Shown here piece by piece: positions 1 through 7,867 of a stretch of 16,646 nucleotides of DNA (positions within the stretch are counted from its first letter, which is position 1; each line of letters starts with the position of its first letter). The position numbers and the translations under genes were made by a program. Source of the DNA: Polyangiaceae bacterium (GTDB lineage Bacteria > Myxococcota_A > Polyangia > Polyangiales > Polyangiaceae); NCBI GenBank assembly GCA_044222475.1, contig JBGANF010000158.1, forward strand, positions 1 to 16,646, given 5' to 3'. The notes under the pieces were generated by a model. That model did no database searches. It saw nothing but the letters and a program-made list of their open reading frames with translations, and was not told the origin of the DNA.

Positions 1-92
1 CCGCCCGTCCCGAGCACGCCCTCGACGCGGTACTTGCCCTTGATCGTCGTCCCGATCCGACGCTGGGCGTTGGCGAGGACTGCGTCACTCAC
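1..92 (-). CDS. Ser/Thr protein kinase, N-terminal fragment (runs off the left edge of the window)
   Basis: Not in the ORF track. Manual translation from GTG at 92 gives MSDAVLANAQRRIGTTIKGKYRVEGVLGTGG..., matching the Hanks-kinase start (Y-x-x-x-x-x-LGxGG glycine loop). TATCCT lies 7 nt upstream. Confidence 0.8.
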   Translation of the reverse strand, partial: MSDAVLANAQRRIGTTIKGKYRVEGVLGTG

Positions 93-113
93 GCCGACGA
101 GGATACCCCGGAC

Positions 114-938
114 TCAGAACCGCGGGAGGATGAAGATGGCGGACGAAGTCGCCCACGCGATCGACACGTCGTCGACGGCGATGAGGTGCACGCCGTTCTG
201 GCCCGTCGCGACGATCTTCGTGTCGGTCGGCGTTCGCCGAAGGACGAGACCGTCGCTCTGGCTCACGGTGTAGATGTCTTCTCCGTAGATCGCGATCGCG
301 GTCGGAGCGTGGGCGACCGGCACCGGCGACGTGGTGAGAAAGTCCGTCGTCATGTCCACGTTGGCGGAGGTGCCTCTGATCCAATACGCCGAGGTGCCAC
401 CCGCGGCGATGCGGTGCGGTGCGCTCGCGTCGACCGAGACGACGGTCGCCGCGTCGAACGACGGCGTCCCCGCATCATCGATGCCGAAAGGCGTGATCCG
501 ACTCGCGCGGTTCTCGTCGGCGACGAAGACATCGTTTCCTGCACTCGTCATCGAGTCGAGCGCCGAAACCGGCATGATGGGCACTGGCTGGCTCGTCGGG
601 CCGAGGAGCAATCGCCGCACTTCGACGCCGCCGCCGTCGGTCGCCGCGGCGAAGTAGATGAAAGGACCGCCGAACGCGACGGACTCGAGCACGCCAGCGT
701 CGACGCGGACGGTCGGCGATCCTCCGTCGAGCGCTTGCTCCAACAGCATCCCGTTCGACGTCCACGACGCCCCGAAGGGCCCGACCGCGAACGTCCCGAC
801 GCCGCCATCAGGCGCGAAATCACGAGCCTCGGAGCCATCGCGCTTGGCCACGATCACCCGTTGCCCGATGCAGTAGTAGATGCGATCGAGCTGCAGCACG
901 AGGCACGTCGGCGGAACGCCGGGGTTCGCGATGCGCAA
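114..938 (-). CDS. Hypothetical beta-propeller-like (probably exported) protein; true start uncertain
   Basis: Repeated blade-like segments (PHRIAAGGTSAYW, PTAIAIYGEDIYT, VHLIAVDDVSIAWAT). The frame stays open upstream to the kinase stop at 1032-1034, with no ATG/GTG upstream of the TTG at 938. Confidence 0.6.
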   Translation of the reverse strand: MRIANPGVPPTCLVLQLDRIYYCIGQRVIVAKRDGSEARDFAPDGGVGTFAVGPFGASWTSNGMLLEQALDGGSPTVRVDAGVLESVAFGGPFIYFAAATDGGGVEVRRLLLGPTSQPVPIMPVSALDSMTSAGNDVFVADENRASRITPFGIDDAGTPSFDAATVVSVDASAPHRIAAGGTSAYWIRGTSANVDMTTDFLTTSPVPVAHAPTAIAIYGEDIYTVSQSDGLVLRRTPTDTKIVATGQNGVHLIAVDDVSIAWATSSAIFILPRF

Positions 939-1031
939 CGGCCCACCGCTGCTCGCGTCGGGCGGGGTCCCTGCATCGACCCTCGGTTGAAGATCGCATG
1001 CGACCGAACATACCGTCTCGGCCGCGGAGCG

Positions 1032-2381
1032 TCACTGAATGCCGGCGTCGAGCGGACGGGTCGGGGGCACGTCGCGCGTCGGCTCCGGCAGCGTGACCGC
1101 CATCGTCACGTCGAGCAGCGTCGTCTTGCCGGGCTCGATGACGACACGGCGGGTCTCGGTCGGCGCGGACGGATGCGTGAACGTCACGAAGTGGAGGCCA
1201 GGCGCCACCGGGATGGCCCGCGCGATCGGCGTGGCGTCGACCTTGACCCCGTCGATCGCGACCTCGGCCCAGGGCGTCGCGAGGACGCGCACGAAGCCGC
1301 GCTGGCTCGGATCGAGCGTGCCTTCGATCTCGGTCTTCGGCTCGGCAGCTTGCGGATCCGTCACTCGCACGAGTCCGAACCCGACTCCGAGGAGGATCGT
1401 CGCCACTGCGAAGCTCCACGGCGAGTCGAGGAGTCTTCGAGCGTTCGCCGGCTGGAGCAGCGTGCTCTTCGACACGTCGCCGGGCATCAACCGCACCGAC
1501 GCGAGCGCGCCCTTCACGAGATCGCGGATCGGTGCATCGGTGCGCTTGCGGAGGAACTCCGCGAGCTCCTTCTCGAGCGCGTGCATCGTCGGCCGATCGG
1601 CGGGTTGCTTCTCGATGCAGCGCGCGACGATGCGCTCGAGCGTGCGCGAGATCTCGGGGACGTGATCGGTGAGCGGCGTGGCCGTGCGCCGTCGACCGGC
1701 GTGGGCGGTGCCGGGCTTGTCGCCCGGTCGATCGAACGGACGCACCGCCGCCAGCATTTGATAGAGGACGATTCCGAGCGAGAAGACGTCGCTCTTTTCG
1801 TCGACGGTCTCGCCGAGGATCTGCTCGGGCGCCATGTAGGCCGGAGTCCCGCCGAACGACGAGGTGCGCTCGCGCTCCGCGAGCGGCTCGTCGGCCGTCG
1901 GCAGGCGCTCGCGATGAGCGACGCTGAAGTCGACGATCTTCACGTCGCCGTTCTTCGTGAGGATGATGTTCGCCGGCTTCACGTCGCGGTGGATGACGCC
2001 CCGATCGTGGGCATGCGCGATCCCGGCGGCGACCTCGTGGGCGATCGCCACCGCGGTCTCTGCGCGGAGGCGCTGCTTGCGCGCGACGATCTCCGCGAGA
2101 GCGTGGCCCCCGACGAGCTCGAGCACCAAGTACATGCCGGCGTCGTTCTTCACGAAGTCGATGAGCATCACGACGTTCGGGTGCGACAGGCCCGAGAGCA
2201 CCCGGGCTTCGCGCTCGAGCTGCGCTGCGAAGCTCGACGTCACCGGGATCTGCGGCTTGAGAGTCTTGATCGCGACCTTGCGGCCGAGCGTCACGTGCTC
2301 CGCCTCGTAGACGACGGAGATGCTCCCCTCGCCGAGCTCGGAGATCACCCGGTAGTCGCCGAACCGTCGCTCTTTGGTCAT
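1032..2381 (-). CDS. Membrane-anchored Ser/Thr protein kinase with C-terminal PEGA-like domain
   Basis: VAIK, alphaC Glu (LEREAR), HRDVKPAN, DFS in place of DFG, TPAYMAPE and SDVFSLG. A hydrophobic helix (WSFAVATILLGVGFGLV) is followed by a PEGA-like segment (PWAEVAIDG...TP...GLHFVTFTHP). Confidence 0.92.
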   Translation of the reverse strand: MTKERRFGDYRVISELGEGSISVVYEAEHVTLGRKVAIKTLKPQIPVTSSFAAQLEREARVLSGLSHPNVVMLIDFVKNDAGMYLVLELVGGHALAEIVARKQRLRAETAVAIAHEVAAGIAHAHDRGVIHRDVKPANIILTKNGDVKIVDFSVAHRERLPTADEPLAERERTSSFGGTPAYMAPEQILGETVDEKSDVFSLGIVLYQMLAAVRPFDRPGDKPGTAHAGRRRTATPLTDHVPEISRTLERIVARCIEKQPADRPTMHALEKELAEFLRKRTDAPIRDLVKGALASVRLMPGDVSKSTLLQPANARRLLDSPWSFAVATILLGVGFGLVRVTDPQAAEPKTEIEGTLDPSQRGFVRVLATPWAEVAIDGVKVDATPIARAIPVAPGLHFVTFTHPSAPTETRRVVIEPGKTTLLDVTMAVTLPEPTRDVPPTRPLDAGIQ

Positions 2382-3916
2382 CGAGCGTGGACGAGGAGCG
2401 AATGGCCCGTCATGGCGGCGGGCTTCTCGATCCCCATGATCTCGAGCATCGTCGGCGCGACGTCGCAGATGCGACCGCCGCTCGCGACCGTGACCTTCTC
2501 TGCGTCACCGGTGACGTAGAGGAGCGGCACCGGGTTCGTGGTGTGCGCGGTGTGCGGGCGGCCGGTGGCGGGATCCTTCATGAGCTCGCAGTTGCCGTGA
2601 TCGGCGGTGACGAACACCGCACCGCCTCGGGCGAGCGCAGCTCGGACGATGCGGCCGACCTCGGCGTCGGTCGCCTCGACGGCGCTCACCGCGGCGCCGA
2701 GCACGCCGGTGTGACCGACCATGTCCGGGTTCGCGAAATTGACGAGGACGAAGTCGTAGTTGCCGGAGTCGATCGCAGCCGCGGTGGCTTCGCCGACGGC
2801 GCGCGCGCTCATCTCCGGCTTGAGGTCGTACGTGGCGACCTCCTTCGGCGAGGGGACCATCTTCCGGTCCTCGCCGGTGAAGGGCTCCTCGCGGCCGCCG
2901 TTGAAGAAGTAGGTGACGTGAGCGTACTTCTCGGTCTCGGCGCAGCGGAACTGGCGAAGGCCGGCCTTCGCGATCACCTCGGGGAAGATGTCCGGGTACG
3001 TCTCGCGAACGAACGCGACCGGCAGCGCGAGCGACGCGTCGTAGGTCGTCATGCAGCCGTAGCGCCCGGCGAACGGCGGGGGCTCGGGCCGCTCGAAGCC
3101 GTCGAAGCTCGCCTGGGTGAGCGCGCGGGTGAGCTCCCGTGCACGGTCGGGGCGGAAGTTGAAGTGCTGGGCCGAATCCTTCCCGACCGCGACGCCGGCG
3201 TAGTCGCCGACGACGAACGGCTCGACGAACTCGTCGGTCTTGTTCGCTGCGTACGACGCCTCGATCCCAACTTGGGACGATGGGTGTCGCGGCGCGCGAG
3301 CGTGTACGATCGCGTCGTAGGCCTTCTGAACGCGCTCCCAGCGGTTGTCGCGGTCCATCGCCCAGAAGCGCCCGTGGACCGTGCCGATCGTGCCCTTGCC
3401 GACGAGGTGCTTCTCCAGCTCGGCCACGTACCGCGGCGCGGTGCCGGGTTGGACGTCGCGCCCGTCGAGGAAGGCGTGGACGACGACGGGCACGCCCGCG
3501 GCGTGAGCCGCGTCGACGAGCGCCAAGAGCTGCGACAGCATCGAGTGGACGCCGCCGTCCGAGACGAGCCCGAGGAGATGGAGCTTCCCGCCGCTCGCCT
3601 TGGCCTCGGCGATCCGCGCGGCGATGACCGCGTTCTTTCCCAACGAGCCATCGAACACGGCGTTGTCGATGCGCGAGATGTCCATCATCGCGATGCGGCC
3701 GGCGCCGAAGTTGAGGTGACCGACCTCGCTGTTGCCCATCTGACCTGGCGGAAGCCCGACGTCGGGCCCGCTCGTGCCGATGACCGAGTGCGGGTGCTTC
3801 GCGAAGAGCGCGTCGAGCTCGGGCGTCTTCGCGAGACGAACGGCGTTGTCCTCGCGTTCGGCGCGTTCACCGAAACCATCGAGGATCACCAGGACCACGG
3901 GGCGCGGACGGGACAT
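2378..3916 (-). CDS. gpmI: 2,3-bisphosphoglycerate-independent phosphoglycerate mutase
   Basis: VVLVILDGFG, GQMGNSEVGH (phosphoserine site), SDGGVHS, FLDGRD, AMDRDNRW, NFRPDRAR, AETEKYAHVTYFFNGG, NFANPDMVGHTG, TADHGN, HTAHT. Start reassigned to ATG 3916, because the longer ORF-track start overlaps the divergent gene. Confidence 0.97.
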   Translation of the reverse strand: MSRPRPVVLVILDGFGERAEREDNAVRLAKTPELDALFAKHPHSVIGTSGPDVGLPPGQMGNSEVGHLNFGAGRIAMMDISRIDNAVFDGSLGKNAVIAARIAEAKASGGKLHLLGLVSDGGVHSMLSQLLALVDAAHAAGVPVVVHAFLDGRDVQPGTAPRYVAELEKHLVGKGTIGTVHGRFWAMDRDNRWERVQKAYDAIVHARAPRHPSSQVGIEASYAANKTDEFVEPFVVGDYAGVAVGKDSAQHFNFRPDRARELTRALTQASFDGFERPEPPPFAGRYGCMTTYDASLALPVAFVRETYPDIFPEVIAKAGLRQFRCAETEKYAHVTYFFNGGREEPFTGEDRKMVPSPKEVATYDLKPEMSARAVGEATAAAIDSGNYDFVLVNFANPDMVGHTGVLGAAVSAVEATDAEVGRIVRAALARGGAVFVTADHGNCELMKDPATGRPHTAHTTNPVPLLYVTGDAEKVTVASGGRICDVAPTMLEIMGIEKPAAMTGHSLLVHAR

Positions 3917-3923
3917 CGAAGGC

Positions 3924-3932
3924 AGGTTACCA
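3924..3932 (-). promoter_or_regulatory. Extended -10-like element (TGgTAACCT) 7 nt before the gpmI ATG; probable leaderless promoter
   Basis: Minus strand reads TGGTAACCTgccttcgATG, with no Shine-Dalgarno. Confidence 0.5.
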
Positions 3933-3970
3933 TCACGCGGCGTCATGTTCATTCCAACCAGGCCGACCGG

Positions 3971-4408
3971 ATGAAGGGCGAGGAGCTCCTCTCGTTTCTC
4001 GGACAAGCGTTCCCCAAGCTCGACGTCGCTCCCTACCGCGTGCTCGAGGCGACGCCGGATCGATTGCGGCTCGGGTTCGTCGCGAACGAGGAGCACCTGC
4101 GCCCCGGCGACACGATCTCGGGTCCGACTCTGATGGCGCTCGCCGACACCGCGGCGTATCTGCTGCTCGTCGAGCGCGCCGGTGGGTGGCTCGAAAACGG
4201 CTCACCCAACGCCGCCGCGCGCAGCGTCACGAGCGCGCTGAACATCACGTTTCTGCGGCGCCCGAAGGGCAAATCGGTCGTCGCCGATGCGTCCCTGCTC
4301 CGCGCCGGGCGCAGGCTCGCAGTGGTCGACGTGCGCATCGGACCCGAGGACGGCGGCGAGATCGCCGCGCACGCGACCGTGACCTATGCCTATCCCGACG
4401 GTGGATGA
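3971..4408 (+). CDS. PaaI family (hotdog-fold) thioesterase
   Basis: 3' end of ORF 2387..4408, taken from ATG 3971. Motifs: HLRPGDTISGPTLMALADTAAY, VTSALNITFLRRP, LLRAGRRLAVVDV, AHATVTY. Confidence 0.9.
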   Translation: MKGEELLSFLGQAFPKLDVAPYRVLEATPDRLRLGFVANEEHLRPGDTISGPTLMALADTAAYLLLVERAGGWLENGSPNAAARSVTSALNITFLRRPKGKSVVADASLLRAGRRLAVVDVRIGPEDGGEIAAHATVTYAYPDGG

Positions 4409-4459
4409 TGCGTGACGCTGGCTCCGCGTTCTGCGAGAGTGCGCGCCAAGGAGCCACCC

Positions 4460-5152
4460 GTGAGCAAAAAGACCGCCAAGAAGACCGCAAAAAAGACCGC
4501 CAAGAAGAAGGTCGTCGCGAAGAAGGCCGCTCCGAAGAAGGTCGTCGCGAAGAAGGCCGCTCCGAAGAAGGCCGCTCCGAAGAAGGCCGCTCCGAAGAAG
4601 GCCGCTCCGAAGAAGGCCGCTCCGAAGAAGGCCGCTCCGAAGAAGGCTGCTCCGCCGCCGCCGCCGGCCCCGCCGCCGCCGGTCCTCCTCCGCAAGCCGC
4701 CGCCTGCCGCCGCGTCGAAGCCCGCCGATCCGGTGAAGGCCCTCGCGTGGAAAGACGTCGCCGTCACCCTCGACGGTGAAGAGCACGACGTGATCTTCTT
4801 CGACTGGACCACCCTCCAGGACGCGAAGGAAGACCCGAGCCCCACGGCACGCTACTACCCGAGCCGCAACCCGCTCGCGTGGGTCGAGCAGTTCGACGAG
4901 TACGTGGTCGGCAACTGGGTCGACCCGGTCGACGAAGGCGAGTGGCAGCCGATCGGCGTCGTCGGTCTCGGTCAGGCCTCGACGACCGAGAGCTTCGCCG
5001 AGATGAACAACCGCGGGTTCCTCGCGATCGTGAAGAAGGCGGGCTCGTTCCCCGCGGGCACCGTCCTCTGGCTCGATGGCCCGCGCTTCGACAAGGACGA
5101 GCCGTTCGTCGCCGCGCCGCATATGGGCGCGCTCGCGATCATCCGGGACTGA
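4460..5152 (+). CDS. Hypothetical protein: histone-H1-like Lys/Ala/Pro repeat N-terminus, poly-Pro linker, globular C-terminal domain (possibly SMI1/KNR4-SUKH-like)
   Basis: AAGGAG RBS at 4448-4453 before GTG 4460. KKTA x3, KKVVA/KKAAP x10 and a poly-Pro stretch precede an acidic globular domain with typical GC3 codon usage. Confidence 0.8.
   Translation: MSKKTAKKTAKKTAKKKVVAKKAAPKKVVAKKAAPKKAAPKKAAPKKAAPKKAAPKKAAPKKAAPPPPPAPPPPVLLRKPPPAAASKPADPVKALAWKDVAVTLDGEEHDVIFFDWTTLQDAKEDPSPTARYYPSRNPLAWVEQFDEYVVGNWVDPVDEGEWQPIGVVGLGQASTTESFAEMNNRGFLAIVKKAGSFPAGTVLWLDGPRFDKDEPFVAAPHMGALAIIRD
4466..4654 (+). repeat. Coding tandem repeats: three 12-bp units (KKTA), then ten 15-bp units (AAGAAGGCCGCTCCG / AAGAAGGTCGTCGCG)
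   Basis: 12-bp units at 4466-4501 and 15-bp units at 4505-4654. The stretch 4550-4639 is six identical copies. Confidence 0.95.
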
Positions 5153-5159
5153 GCTCGCC

Positions 5160-5855
5160 ATGCCCTGGCGGGAGGCCGTGCTTCGAGGGCAAAAAGTGCT
5201 CGCGCGCGTCGACGCGTCGGGTGCGCTCGTGTCCGACGGCGGTCGGGTCGAGATTCGCTACAAGCCCAAGGACGGCCGCGCATACTTCGCCGGGGCGCGA
5301 AACCTCGAGGTCGTGACCGGGAGCCCCATTCACGACGACGACCACTGCGCGCCGGGTGAAGCGGTCGCTCCGAAAGAGACCAAAGAGCGAAAACCGGCGA
5401 AAACGAAGACGTCCCATTCTGGTACGGACATCGCCCCCGTCCCCGACGGCGCATGGACCGCGTACACCGACGGCGCATGCACCGGGAACCCGGGCCCCGC
5501 GGGGAGCGGTTGGATCGTCGTGTCGCCCGAGGGAAAGGTCGAGGAGGGCTTCGCGTACCTCGGCGAAGCGACCAACAACATCGCCGAGCTCACCGCCGTC
5601 CTGCGCGCGGTGAAGAAGATTCCGCACCGCGTGCCGGTCGTCGTCCACACCGACAGCCAGTACTCGATCGGCGTCCTCTCCAAGGGTTGGAAGGCAAAGG
5701 CCAACGGAGAGCTCATCAAGGAGATTCGTGCGGCCCTCGCGGATCACGGCGCCGTCCGTTTCGTCTACGTCCGAGGTCACGTCGGCGTGCCTCTGAACGA
5801 GCGCGCCGACGAGCTCGCCCGCCAGGCGATCTCGACGCGAAGGAGCGAGGGATAG
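5160..5855 (+). CDS. rnhA: Ribonuclease HI with additional N-terminal domain
   Basis: YTDGACTGNPGPAG, TNNIAELTA, HTDSQY, YVRGHVG and NERADELA supply all four acidic catalytic residues plus the His. Start set at ATG 5160, 7 nt after the upstream stop. Confidence 0.92.
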   Translation: MPWREAVLRGQKVLARVDASGALVSDGGRVEIRYKPKDGRAYFAGARNLEVVTGSPIHDDDHCAPGEAVAPKETKERKPAKTKTSHSGTDIAPVPDGAWTAYTDGACTGNPGPAGSGWIVVSPEGKVEEGFAYLGEATNNIAELTAVLRAVKKIPHRVPVVVHTDSQYSIGVLSKGWKAKANGELIKEIRAALADHGAVRFVYVRGHVGVPLNERADELARQAISTRRSEG

Positions 5856-6968
5856 ATGGCGACGAAGCCGCGCGACCGAGTCCTCGGTTTCGTCATCGCC
5901 TTCGCCGTGATCGCGGCGATCTGGTGGGCCGGCGCCACGATCCGCGCCTGCTTTTCGAGCGACGCCGTGGTCGACGGTGGGACCGACGTCTCGGCCGAGG
6001 CCGCGTCGGCCTCGGCGTCCGCCGTGACGCAAGCGCCCGAGGCGAGCGCACCGGTCGCAGTGGTCGAAGCGGGACCACCCGTTCCACCGCGCAGCGCCGC
6101 CTGCCAGGCGATCCACGACGCGAGCGAGCGCGTGGCGGCGACCGCCAAGGCGCAGTTCCCCTGCATCGTCACGCCCGACGTCGATCAGCTCGGCTGCGCT
6201 ACCACCGCGAAGAGCACGTGGGGATTCCGGATCGACGCCATCAAAGAGGTCGCGCCGCAGCTCCCGGGGGACAGCTGCGCGAGCTTCGGCAGCCTCGTGA
6301 ACCTCGTGCGGATCGACGCGAGCGGGAGCGAGACGTCGGAGATCCCGAACCTGTTCCTCTTCCGCAAGGACGACGGCGGCGCCGAAGCAGGTGCATTCTA
6401 CAAGTACAACCACGCGAGCGGCCGCTTCGCGATCGGCCTCGTCGAGACGAAGATGTTCGACTGGGACGGCGACGGCGAGAACGAGGTCTTCGTGAAGACC
6501 CGCATCGGAACGAGCGACTTCGAAGAGCAGAGCGAAGGCTCGATCATCGCGTGGCAGGGCGGCAAGATGGTCCCGTATCCGCCGGCCGCCGATCTGCCGA
6601 TCGACGGCGTCGAGGACGTCGACGGCGACGGCCGCCCCGATCTGGTCCTGCGCACGTGGAAGACGCGCCTCACCGATCCGACCCGAACCGGAACCCAACC
6701 CGCGAGCAACGTGCGCGCGGCGGCGCACTCCCTCGCCGACGGAACCTTCAGCAAGAAGGACGCGGCTGCGGTCGCCTACCTCCAGAAGCAGTGCCCGGCG
6801 GCGCCGAACCTCGACGGGCTCACCGGCGGCACCCTCACCGACGGGGACGTGATCGCGTGCGCGCTGCTCTGGGCGGTTCCGCCGGGAAAGCTCGATCCGC
6901 TCATCGCGAAGGGCCCGGCCTGGACGCGCGAGCTGGCCAAAGAGAAGCCTCCGCTGCTCTTGAAGTAG
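5856..6968 (+). CDS. Exported/membrane-anchored hypothetical protein with Dx[DN]xDG calcium-binding-type loops
   Basis: N-terminal hydrophobic helix, Ala/Ser/Pro-rich linker, several Cys, and the motifs DWDGDGENEV and EDVDGDGRPDLV. Starts immediately after the rnhA stop. Confidence 0.8.
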   Translation: MATKPRDRVLGFVIAFAVIAAIWWAGATIRACFSSDAVVDGGTDVSAEAASASASAVTQAPEASAPVAVVEAGPPVPPRSAACQAIHDASERVAATAKAQFPCIVTPDVDQLGCATTAKSTWGFRIDAIKEVAPQLPGDSCASFGSLVNLVRIDASGSETSEIPNLFLFRKDDGGAEAGAFYKYNHASGRFAIGLVETKMFDWDGDGENEVFVKTRIGTSDFEEQSEGSIIAWQGGKMVPYPPAADLPIDGVEDVDGDGRPDLVLRTWKTRLTDPTRTGTQPASNVRAAAHSLADGTFSKKDAAAVAYLQKQCPAAPNLDGLTGGTLTDGDVIACALLWAVPPGKLDPLIAKGPAWTRELAKEKPPLLLK

Positions 6969-7012
6969 CTCCCTTTCGAGCGCCCAAAAAGTAGTGCTAG
7001 AAAGGCTCCGCC

Positions 7013-7867
7013 ATGCCGTCCATCTTCCGTCCTGGGCTTTTCGAGGGGCAAGTCGCGATCGTGACCGGCGGTGGCAGCGGCATCGGCCTCGCCATGGCTC
7101 GCATCTTCGGCGAGCTCGGGGCCAAGGTCGCGATCGCCGGCCGCAAGCAGGAGCGGCTCGACGCGGCGAAGGCCGAGCTCGCGAAGTCGAACGTGGACGT
7201 CTTCGCCCACGTCTGCGACATCCGTGAGGTCGAGCAGATCGCCGCCTTCGTCGCGGCAGTGCGCAAGGCCATCGGCGAGCCGACCATCCTCGTCAACAAC
7301 GCCGGCGGCCAGTTCCCGACCACCGCCGAGGATCTCTCCACGCGCGGTTGGGAAGCGGTCATCCGCAACAACCTGAACGGCACCTTCTTCATGACCCGCG
7401 AGGTCGCGACCAAGGTCTTCATCCCGAAGAAGCGCGGGCGCATCGTCAACGTCATCGCCAACATCGCTCGCGGGTTCCCCGGCATGGTCCACACCGGCGC
7501 GGCTCGCGCCGGCGTCGAGAACATGACGAAGACCCTCGCGATCGAGTGGGCCCAGCACCACATCCAAGTGAACGCGGTCGCGCCGGGGATCATCCGCTCG
7601 ACCGGCGTCGATCAGTACCCGCCCGAGCTGGTCGAGATGAGCCGCCAGCGCACGCCGGCGAAGCGCCTCGGCACCGTCGACGAGGTCGCCGAGCTTTGTG
7701 TGTATCTTGCAAGTAGCGCGGCCGACTTCGTCACCGGCGAGACCTGGTACATCGACGGCGGCGCCCACCTCTGGGGCGACACCTGGATGATCCCCGAGCA
7801 CGGGACGCCGGAACCCGGCATCCACGTGGATCCTTCTCGGATCCGGGACGTCATTTCGCCGAAGTGA
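7013..7867 (+). CDS. SDR oxidoreductase, peroxisomal trans-2-enoyl-CoA reductase (PECR)-like
   Basis: IVTGGGSGIG, LVNNAGGQF, FPGMVHTGAARAGV (the HxxxR variant seen in PECR-type SDRs), NAVAPG, FVTGETWYIDGG. Confidence 0.88.
   Translation: MPSIFRPGLFEGQVAIVTGGGSGIGLAMARIFGELGAKVAIAGRKQERLDAAKAELAKSNVDVFAHVCDIREVEQIAAFVAAVRKAIGEPTILVNNAGGQFPTTAEDLSTRGWEAVIRNNLNGTFFMTREVATKVFIPKKRGRIVNVIANIARGFPGMVHTGAARAGVENMTKTLAIEWAQHHIQVNAVAPGIIRSTGVDQYPPELVEMSRQRTPAKRLGTVDEVAELCVYLASSAADFVTGETWYIDGGAHLWGDTWMIPEHGTPEPGIHVDPSRIRDVISPK

Noticed and set aside
186..2519. 777-aa + strand ORF, and similar long ORFs (5139..6728, 5453..6994, 7986..10283, 10136..12427, 14081..15415)
   Set aside because: Arg-rich shadow frames, antisense or frame-shifted to well-supported genes. 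These are expected in high-GC DNA and show no recognisable motifs.
2387..3970. N-terminal 528 codons of ORF 2387..4408
   Set aside because: Antisense to gpmI. Only the part from ATG 3971 encodes a recognisable protein (PaaI thioesterase).
4505..4654. Repeat array as a possible CRISPR
   Set aside because: Contiguous 15-bp in-frame coding units with no spacers and no cas genes.
7480..7515. SDR lacking the catalytic YxxxK (has HTGAAR)
   Set aside because: This is the known pattern of PECR-like enoyl-CoA reductases, not inactivation or novelty.
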